64,000 bases of DNA from Promethearchaeota archaeon (lineage in GTDB: Archaea > Asgardarchaeota > Lokiarchaeia > Sigyniarchaeales > SOKP01), in NCBI GenBank assembly GCA_011364925.1, contig RDOA01000007.1:51493-115492 (forward strand), written 5' to 3'. Below are positions 10,656 to 18,105 of this stretch, in pieces. Under the pieces are notes generated by a model, which had not been told where the DNA came from, made no database searches, and saw only the letters and a program-made list of their open reading frames with translations. How positions within the stretch are numbered: position 1 is the first letter of the stretch; every line of letters begins with the position of its first letter. A program made the translations under genes and the position numbers.

Positions 10656-11441
10656 CTATCCTTTAACTGCTCCCGCCATTAGACCTTGCATTAGATATTT
10701 TCCTAATAATACAAAAATTATAATAACTGGTAGTGAATAGAGAAACGATCCTGCCATTACATTATTCCATGCCGTTTCTGTACTCCCTGCTATATTGGAA
10801 AGTGCAAATGAAGCAGGTTCAAAATTTATATTTGTTAATGTTAATGCAAATAGATAATCATTCCAAATGCTAGTAAATTGAAATACTCCTGCGACGACGA
10901 ATGGTAATGGAGATAATGGTAAAATAATTCGTTGATAAATTGTCATAATTCCTGCTCCATCAACTTTTGCCGCCTTAAAAAGACTTTCTGGAATGGATTC
11001 ATAATAACTTCTAAATAGAAGAGTAGTCATCGGTATTCCGTAGATAGTATGAACTAAAACCATGACCCATAGTGAATCATATATCCCTAGATTTCTTATT
11101 GTGATAAAAAGAGGAATTATAATGGATTGATAAGGTAGGAAGATTCCTATTGTTAATAGTAAAAATACTGTGTTTGATCCTCTAAATTTTAACTTTGCCA
11201 CTACAAATCCACAAATCGATCCGAGTAAACAAGATAAGATTGTAGCAATAGAAGTAAACAGTATAGAATTAAATAAGGGTCCTATTAATTCGTTATAGGA
11301 TGCTATAAAACCATCAAATACTAAAGTGGTTGGTGGTGCGAAAGGTAAAGTCTGTGCTAAATCTGCTTGAGTCTTAAGGGCAGACATAATACCTGACCAT
11401 AATGGTAAAATCATTATTATCGCAATTATTATTAAAATCAA
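10656..11441 (-). CDS. Carbohydrate ABC transporter permease (MalG-like)
   Basis: 6 TM, EAA-like loop SIPESLFKAAKVDGAG, WNDYLFAL; frame open upstream past 11474. Confidence 0.9.
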   Translation of the reverse strand: MILIIIAIIMILPLWSGIMSALKTQADLAQTLPFAPPTTLVFDGFIASYNELIGPLFNSILFTSIATILSCLLGSICGFVVAKLKFRGSNTVFLLLTIGIFLPYQSIIIPLFITIRNLGIYDSLWVMVLVHTIYGIPMTTLLFRSYYESIPESLFKAAKVDGAGIMTIYQRIILPLSPLPFVVAGVFQFTSIWNDYLFALTLTNINFEPASFALSNIAGSTETAWNNVMAGSFLYSLPVIIIFVLLGKYLMQGLMAGAVKG

Positions 11442-11577
11442 GTAAAGGATCGAATGTTTTGTTAACGTCGCAATAATAAAATTAAGTTAAATTAGAGATA
11501 GAATATTAGAACAAAGAAATTAAATTATATTTTTTTTAAAAGAAATTATTAATAACAAAAATAAATAAAAAAATGAA

Positions 11578-12765
11578 TTAAATAATATCTAACTTCTTTC
11601 CAACTTTCTCTATTGCGTTTAAAGCCATGTTTAAATCGTCTTTTGTTAACAAAGCATTCATTTGAACACGAATTCTTGATAATTCTCTCGCAACCATAGG
11701 GAAAACTATTGGAGTTCCATAAATGCCTTCATCTTCGAAAAGAACTCTTGCCAATTCTTGCGCTTTCCCAGGATCTCCAATAATCAAGGGAATTATAGGA
11801 GTTGATGAGTTTCCAGTATCATATCCCATACTTTGAACTTCTTTCTTAAAATAATTAGTATTCTCCCAGACTCTTTTTACATGTTGAGGTTCAGTTTCAA
11901 CTACATCAATCGAAGCAATGTTAGCGGCTACTACACCTGGAGGATGTGCTGTACTAAGTAAATAAGTTCTACTTTTATTTGCGCAAAATTCGATTAAATC
12001 TTTTGAGCCAGCAACAGTCCCTCCGAACACTCCAAAACCTTTACTCATCGATCCACCTTCTACATGAACTTTCCCTTGTAGATTAAAATGAGCAACTATA
12101 CCACGCCCTTCCCCAAGTACACCTTCCCCGTGGCAATCATCTACAAAAATCATGGCTCCAAATTCCTCTGCAACTTGTGCGATACCGTCTAATGGAGCCA
12201 TATCTCCATCCATTGAGAAAACTCCATCAGTGATAATACAAATTCTACGAGCACTTTCCTTTTCCGCTTCTTTTAGTTGATTTTCTAAGTCTCCAACATC
12301 GGTGTGTTTATAAATAATTCTTTTTGCTCCAGATAACCTAACACCATCGATTATTGACCCGTGATTTAATTCGTCTGAAACCACAATATCGGGTTTTCCA
12401 ACTAACATAGGAATTAACCCAGAATTAACAGCAAAACCGGTCTGGCATAAAAGCGATGCCTCAACCTCTTTAAATTTCGCAAATCTTTCTTGAAATTCTT
12501 TTGTTAAGTTAAAACTTCCAGCGATAACTGGAACTGCCCCAGCTCCAGCACCGTATTTTTTAGTTGCGTCTATTGTTGCTTGTATAATTTTTGGATGTGT
12601 TGCCAATCCAAGATAATTATTAGTGTTTAGCATTAAGACTTCCTTGCCATCTACAATGGAATGAGGTTTAGAACCTTCTTCTAAGTATCTAATAATCCAC
12701 TCAAGGTTATTGTTTCTTAATTCTGTCATATCTTCTTTAAGAAAAGCAACCGGATCTCTTTTCAT
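11578..12765 (-). CDS. kbl: Glycine C-acetyltransferase (2-amino-3-ketobutyrate CoA ligase)
   Basis: NNYLGLA, SDELNHGSIIDGVRL, TDGVFSMDGD, DDCHG, SMSK PLP lysine; divergent from a threonine dehydrogenase. Confidence 0.87.
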   Translation of the reverse strand: MKRDPVAFLKEDMTELRNNNLEWIIRYLEEGSKPHSIVDGKEVLMLNTNNYLGLATHPKIIQATIDATKKYGAGAGAVPVIAGSFNLTKEFQERFAKFKEVEASLLCQTGFAVNSGLIPMLVGKPDIVVSDELNHGSIIDGVRLSGAKRIIYKHTDVGDLENQLKEAEKESARRICIITDGVFSMDGDMAPLDGIAQVAEEFGAMIFVDDCHGEGVLGEGRGIVAHFNLQGKVHVEGGSMSKGFGVFGGTVAGSKDLIEFCANKSRTYLLSTAHPPGVVAANIASIDVVETEPQHVKRVWENTNYFKKEVQSMGYDTGNSSTPIIPLIIGDPGKAQELARVLFEDEGIYGTPIVFPMVARELSRIRVQMNALLTKDDLNMALNAIEKVGKKLDII

Positions 12766-12937
12766 AAAATCACCTTATCTTTTTGAAACATATGTGTAAA
12801 TTAATACTTTAAGTGTATATAGAAACCTATATTAGTTTTTCCTATAATAATTATAGGGGTTAAAAGTGGGAGAAATTTGGATAAACCTTTTTTAATTGGT
12901 TGAATTATGAATGTCACTATATTTATGAGCTTAAGAA

Positions 12938-13894
12938 TTGATGAAATTGAATAGAAAAATACTTGTAATAGGTTCAGCGGGGCAAATAGGATCTGAATTA
13001 GTACCCGCGTTAAGAGAGAAATACGGTGGAAACAATGTTATAGCAACTGGTAGAAGGACTCCACTTCCCGACACTATTAAAAATTCTGGACCAGTGATTT
13101 ATCTCGATGCGTTGGATAAAGATTCATTAGCAAAGGTTATCTTTGAGTATGAAATTGATACAATTTTTCATATGGCTTCAATTTTATCAGCAACTGGAGA
13201 AAAAATGCCTCAAACGGCGTGGAATATCAACTTGAATGGTTTAATCAATGTCCTTGAAGTTGCGAGAAGTTATAAAATTGATCGCGTCATTTGGCCGAGT
13301 TCAATTGCTTCTTTTGGTCCTACGACTCCTCGAGAAAATACACCTAACACTACGGTGTTACAACCGACTACGATGTATGGTATAACCAAAGTAGCTGGTG
13401 AACTCTTAGCAGAATATTACTACAATAAATACCAGCTCGACGTTAGGTCAATGAGACTACCCGGGATCATAAGTAGCGAAACATTACCTGGTGGGGGAAC
13501 AACAGATTACGCTGTTGAGATATTCTACGAAGCCATTAAAAAGAAAAGATACACATGTTTCTTAAGAGAAGATACGGTGTTACCTATGTTGTACATGCCA
13601 GATTGCAATAAGTGTATGATGGATTTATTAGAAGCAGATAATTCGAAATTAAAAAGACGCGTGTACAATTTAACTGGTATCAGTTTTTCCGCGGGTGAGA
13701 TCGCTGCAGAGATTAGAAAACATATTCCTGAATTTGAGATCGAGTATAAACCAGATTTTAGACAGGCGATAGCAGATTCTTGGCCTAAAACGATTGATGA
13801 CTCTCCCGCACGGGAAGAATGGGGTTGGAATCCTGAATACGACCTTGAAGCTATGACAAAAGATATGATCGAAATTCTAAGTAAAAGACTATAA
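12938..13894 (+). CDS. tdh: L-threonine 3-dehydrogenase, SDR/epimerase type
   Basis: GSAGQIG, PSSIASFG, YGITK, PGGGTTDYAV, RQAIADSWP. Confidence 0.88.
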   Translation: MMKLNRKILVIGSAGQIGSELVPALREKYGGNNVIATGRRTPLPDTIKNSGPVIYLDALDKDSLAKVIFEYEIDTIFHMASILSATGEKMPQTAWNINLNGLINVLEVARSYKIDRVIWPSSIASFGPTTPRENTPNTTVLQPTTMYGITKVAGELLAEYYYNKYQLDVRSMRLPGIISSETLPGGGTTDYAVEIFYEAIKKKRYTCFLREDTVLPMLYMPDCNKCMMDLLEADNSKLKRRVYNLTGISFSAGEIAAEIRKHIPEFEIEYKPDFRQAIADSWPKTIDDSPAREEWGWNPEYDLEAMTKDMIEILSKRL

Positions 13895-13962
13895 AAGTTA
13901 AAAACCATAATTCCCAATTTCTTTTTGTATTTCAAAATTAATCTGAATTAGTGTGATTTTAG

Positions 13963-14733
13963 ATGAAAATTGTATTTCACGAGCGGTACTTTAATTCGAG
14001 TTATGCGATGGATCCAGCAGCGTCCCAAGGACGCCTAGAAGGCATTATAGAGACATTGTCAGGTAAGAGTGAGTTTGAATTTATCGAACCAAAACCAGCA
14101 ACAAAAGAAGATATTTTAAGAGTTCACTCGGAAAGACACTACAACTATGTCCACCGGGATACTTTATTGTATGAGTTAGCCTCACTTGCTGCAGGGGGAG
14201 CAATTTTAGCGGCTGAAGAAGCTTACGAAGGCAATCCAACTTTTGCTGTTATCCGACCTCCGGGGCATCACGCGTCAGCAGATTCGTGTTGGGGCTTTTG
14301 TTATTTCAATAATATCAGTATTAGTTTACTTAAACTATACGCGGAAGGAAAAATCAAATCTGCGTTTGTACTCGATTTTGATCTGCATACTGGGGATGGG
14401 AACATCAATATCTTAACATTCAGAAGTGATAATTTACGTGTCAAAATACTCAATCCTGAATCTAATGATAACTCAAAATATATTAAAGAAGTCAAAACTT
14501 ACATGGAAGATTTAAAAGATATTGATATTTTTGTAGCCTCAGCGGGATTTGATCAAGCAATTGAAGATTGGGGGAACCTATTATACCCTGAGGATTATAG
14601 AGAGTTAGGAAACTTAATGAAAATATACTCAAATAAATTAAGCAAAGGGAGGAGATACGCACTCTTAGAGGGTGGTTACAATCACGATGTTCTTCCCATT
14701 AATGTTAACTCTTTCATTCAAGGTTTTAAATAA
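13963..14733 (+). CDS. Histone deacetylase-family (Zn-dependent) protein
   Basis: RPPGHHA, GFCYFNN, DFDLHTGDG, SAGFD, LEGGY. Confidence 0.92.
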   Translation: MKIVFHERYFNSSYAMDPAASQGRLEGIIETLSGKSEFEFIEPKPATKEDILRVHSERHYNYVHRDTLLYELASLAAGGAILAAEEAYEGNPTFAVIRPPGHHASADSCWGFCYFNNISISLLKLYAEGKIKSAFVLDFDLHTGDGNINILTFRSDNLRVKILNPESNDNSKYIKEVKTYMEDLKDIDIFVASAGFDQAIEDWGNLLYPEDYRELGNLMKIYSNKLSKGRRYALLEGGYNHDVLPINVNSFIQGFK

Positions 14734-14952
14734 CCATAGGTATTATTTTTTCTTTGTTTATTGATTTTGTACTCATTTACGCCTTTATTTAGATTTTTTA
14801 CGAAAGAGGGATTTTTGACAGAGAAGTACATATTGAACACTCTAAGGATCTCTGATATTTAAAATATTCCAAGGATTAATCTGTAAAATTGGGTGCTTTA
14901 ACTTAAATCCTTTTTTTTTGATATTTAAAATACAGTGGATTAGACAACAATT

Positions 14953-17394
14953 TCATGTGTTTTCTAGATCTTGTCCGCAATATACGCAAAACTTGTAAGT
15001 GGGTTGGACCGGAATTCCACAGTTTGGACAAAAGTTACTTTTTTCTTCTTTTATAGTGCTTTTATCATCGATAGGAAATCTATCGCGAAGGTTTATCCTA
15101 GGTTCATGACGAATAAATATCTTTTTTCTGAAAACAATCAAAATGATTGCTAGCAGTGCTACTATCCCAATTCCTATACTAATTAAAATATAGGGAATTA
15201 AGAAGGGTTTTATAGGAATTAATGGTGGTATCGGTGGTTCTTGGATATTGATTGCAAAATACATCAAATCGGAAGTAATAGATTGTCCCATAGATGATAT
15301 TCCACTTAGAATCAATGAATGAACGCCATTTTCGGGAATAGGAATAACTTGATTTCCGGAAATTGATACGTTATAACCACCATCTAAAGAATAACCTACC
15401 CAGTTTAAAGTTGTTGTGCTTGTATAGCTTATTAATATACCCTCTTTTTGATTATCTCCCAAGACATAATCAAGGTCTTGACTCTCTCCTATTGCATCAA
15501 TCCAAAAACCACTTGTAGAAGCAGAAGATGTGAAAATTCTAATTCGTTCTATAGAATTACCTACATTTCGAAAATTAATCGGTCCAGAATCAAAACCATC
15601 TATAATGAGTTTAAATTGATTTTCATTCAATCCTTGATAAGCTGGTGCACCAAGTCCTCTAAAGTGAATCGTTAAATGATACCAAGTATTATCTTGAGGA
15701 TCATAAACACTATCAAATGTAGGAATTGGAATTAAATCTACACCATTATAATATTTCCACTTATAAAAATCTAAACTTATGTGAATTAGAGGAAGATAAG
15801 TATCATCATCCCACCATTGTATTGCTATCCCATCTGAAGCATCTTCAGCGTATAACCAAAATTCAGTGAATCCATAATCGAGATCTGTAAAATTGTAGTT
15901 TAATCTAACTCTTCCAGAACTACTCTCATCATCAATATGAACGACTTTATTATGGCCAGATTTTTCAGAAACTACAAACGCATGGCAATTCGAATCTGAA
16001 GGAAGGTCATCCATATTAAAAGGTAATAATCCATCCTCCGTGTCTTCAAATCCTGTCGTTCCAACATAATATCCGACCATAGGTTCATAGTATGTTTTAT
16101 TTTCAGGATTGATAATATTGATATTGTCTATTGGGGATTGTGGCGTATAGTCATACTTTAAGGTAAGAATATCTTCTACCCCAGCACCTACGCTTGTTGA
16201 TCCTCCAACAGCGTAAATATTTAACTCAGAATCGTAGGTAAGGCTACGTATAGCCTCGACACCTGTGTCACCCCACGATTTATACCAATTTAAGTTCCCT
16301 GATGTATCATAATTAAGTAAAATACAATCCCCATTTGTAGATACTCCGTGAGTTGAAGTATATCCACCAATAAACAATTCATCATTCGGCAGAATAGTCA
16401 TTGACCACCAGCTATTTCCATACACACCACTACTTCCAAAAGTTCGATACCATTGATAATTACCGTTTTTGTCGTATTTGAGCAGTAAACCTTTCATACT
16501 GCTAGCTGGGTGCCCAAAAGTGTAACCTGTGAGATAGATGTTGTTATTAGAATCAATAGCTAAGGCTCTACCTCTTTGAGTCCAGTCAGCGTCCCAATCT
16601 TCTGCCCATTGAAGAATACCTGAGGAATCATACTTCAAAATATAATTATCATACTCTCCTGAAGATGGATCCATACTATCAGAATGACCAGCTACATATA
16701 TATAGCCTTCTGAATCGATTTCGACATCCTCAGTCTCTTCAGCGAGGCTACCTCCCCATGTGTTATTCCAAATCTGATTAAGCGAACTATTAAATTTTAT
16801 GAGAACCGAATCTCCATCGGTATCACCAAAGCTTTTAGTTTTTCCAGCCACATAGAGATTTCCCGTTGAGTCTCCAACTATTCCGCGAGCTTCATCCAGA
16901 TCGTTACCACCCCATGTTATATTAGATTGATAATTACCTAAATTATCAAATTTTACAACACATAAGTCCCCGTAAGGATCTCCCGCATTAATAGTATACC
17001 CTGCGATATATATATTATTTAGTATATCGATAGTAAGGCAATTTGCGACATCATTATCAGGTCCACCCCACGTACGAACCCATTGTTCTACTCCGGAAGT
17101 GTTATATTTTATTAAAGTCATATCGGTATTTCCAGAATTATTTACATTAGTATATCCGCAAACATACAGAAAATTGTCAGAACCAATTACTGCACCAAAA
17201 CCATAATCTTCATATGACGATCCCCAATCTTTATACCAGTCAAAAACATATTCACTTGATAAACTGGTAGTATTAGGGTACTTGTCCAATTCAATAGAAG
17301 TCGAACAATTACTAATAGACATTGAATTGATTAGGAAATACAAGACAAATAAGATACTTATGAAACAAAATTTTTTTCGAGCGATTTTACGCAT
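14953..17394 (-). CDS. Cell-surface SBBP beta-propeller protein with C-terminal TM and cytoplasmic zinc ribbon
   Basis: Signal-like MRKIARKKFCF..; about 7 W-G-G..D..GNIYxxG repeats; TM ILISIGIGIVALLAIILIVFRKK; CPNCG..CVYCG. Confidence 0.8.
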   Translation of the reverse strand: MRKIARKKFCFISILFVLYFLINSMSISNCSTSIELDKYPNTTSLSSEYVFDWYKDWGSSYEDYGFGAVIGSDNFLYVCGYTNVNNSGNTDMTLIKYNTSGVEQWVRTWGGPDNDVANCLTIDILNNIYIAGYTINAGDPYGDLCVVKFDNLGNYQSNITWGGNDLDEARGIVGDSTGNLYVAGKTKSFGDTDGDSVLIKFNSSLNQIWNNTWGGSLAEETEDVEIDSEGYIYVAGHSDSMDPSSGEYDNYILKYDSSGILQWAEDWDADWTQRGRALAIDSNNNIYLTGYTFGHPASSMKGLLLKYDKNGNYQWYRTFGSSGVYGNSWWSMTILPNDELFIGGYTSTHGVSTNGDCILLNYDTSGNLNWYKSWGDTGVEAIRSLTYDSELNIYAVGGSTSVGAGVEDILTLKYDYTPQSPIDNINIINPENKTYYEPMVGYYVGTTGFEDTEDGLLPFNMDDLPSDSNCHAFVVSEKSGHNKVVHIDDESSSGRVRLNYNFTDLDYGFTEFWLYAEDASDGIAIQWWDDDTYLPLIHISLDFYKWKYYNGVDLIPIPTFDSVYDPQDNTWYHLTIHFRGLGAPAYQGLNENQFKLIIDGFDSGPINFRNVGNSIERIRIFTSSASTSGFWIDAIGESQDLDYVLGDNQKEGILISYTSTTTLNWVGYSLDGGYNVSISGNQVIPIPENGVHSLILSGISSMGQSITSDLMYFAINIQEPPIPPLIPIKPFLIPYILISIGIGIVALLAIILIVFRKKIFIRHEPRINLRDRFPIDDKSTIKEEKSNFCPNCGIPVQPTYKFCVYCGQDLENT

Positions 17395-17588
17395 TCTAAA
17401 TCTTGCAGCAAGATTTCTGTTTATTACTATCAAATAGATGTGGAACAATATAAATCTAACTCTCCAATATAGATATCATATTCGTCCTCTAGGAGTTTTT
17501 GCGAAAATTCTAGATTTAAAACCACTGAGACAAATTTTATATAACGGTATAAATTCAAATTTTCAAGAATAAAACGAGGTCCTATAAA

Positions 17589-17957
17589 TTGAAAGATCCT
17601 ATTATTCAGACTTTTAGTTTGACTAAAGTTTTTAAGGACGTTACAGCGGTTAAGAATTTAAACTTAAAAGTCTAGGGGGGAATATATGGACTACTGGGAC
17701 TTAATGGAGCGGGAAAAACGACCACGATAAAAATGATGGTCGGTTCGGTGTTTCAGATGTCTATCCAAGATACTAAGAGAAAGATAAGTGAACTCCTTAA
17801 GCTTGTAGAATTAAATGATGCGAAATCACGCATAATCGCAAAGTATTCTGCTGGTATGAGACAAAGGATTGGTATTGCTCAGGCGTTAATTAGAAGGAGG
17901 TATAATCACGATGTCCTTCCTAACAATGTGAACTCTTTCTGTCAAGGTTTCAAATAG
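17589..17957 (+). pseudogene. Chimeric pseudogene: diverged 5' copy of the ABC ATPase (21243) fused to a copy of the HDAC 3' end
   Basis: TTG start matches 21243; in-frame TAG at 17673; 153-nt in-frame deletion; 17890-17957 matches 14665-14733 (YNHDVLPxNVNSFxQGFK*). Confidence 0.9.
17890..17957 (+). repeat. Diverged direct copy of the HDAC 3' end (14665-14733)
   Basis: ttagaaggagg-tataatcacgatgtccttcctaacaatgtgaactctttctgtcaaggtttcaaatag vs ttagagggtggttacaatcacgatgttcttcccattaatgttaactctttcattcaaggttttaaataa. Confidence 0.9.
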
Positions 17958-18008
17958 GGATCGTTGTTAACATCTCTATAATAAATCAACCTTTCTATTT
18001 ATTGTTAT

Positions 18009-18030
18009 TTGACAGAAAAGTATAAATATT
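18009..18030 (+). promoter_or_regulatory. Putative BRE-TATA promoter of the 18106 gene
   Basis: gacaGAAAAG-TATAAATA about 80 nt before ATG; a decayed copy (gacagagaagtacatat) lies at about 14817. Confidence 0.5.
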
Positions 18031-18105
18031 CTGCTTCAAGTATTAACTGTAGGATGGTTTTTACGAAATCCTATCTATCGAAAATAACAATCTAAAGGTA
18101 TAATT

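Noticed and set aside
17673-17675. TAG readthrough (pyrrolysine or recoding)
   Set aside because: The same copy also has a deletion and truncation, so ordinary decay explains it.
17733-17957. 74-aa ORF as a real gene
   Set aside because: It is the internal part of the chimeric pseudogene.
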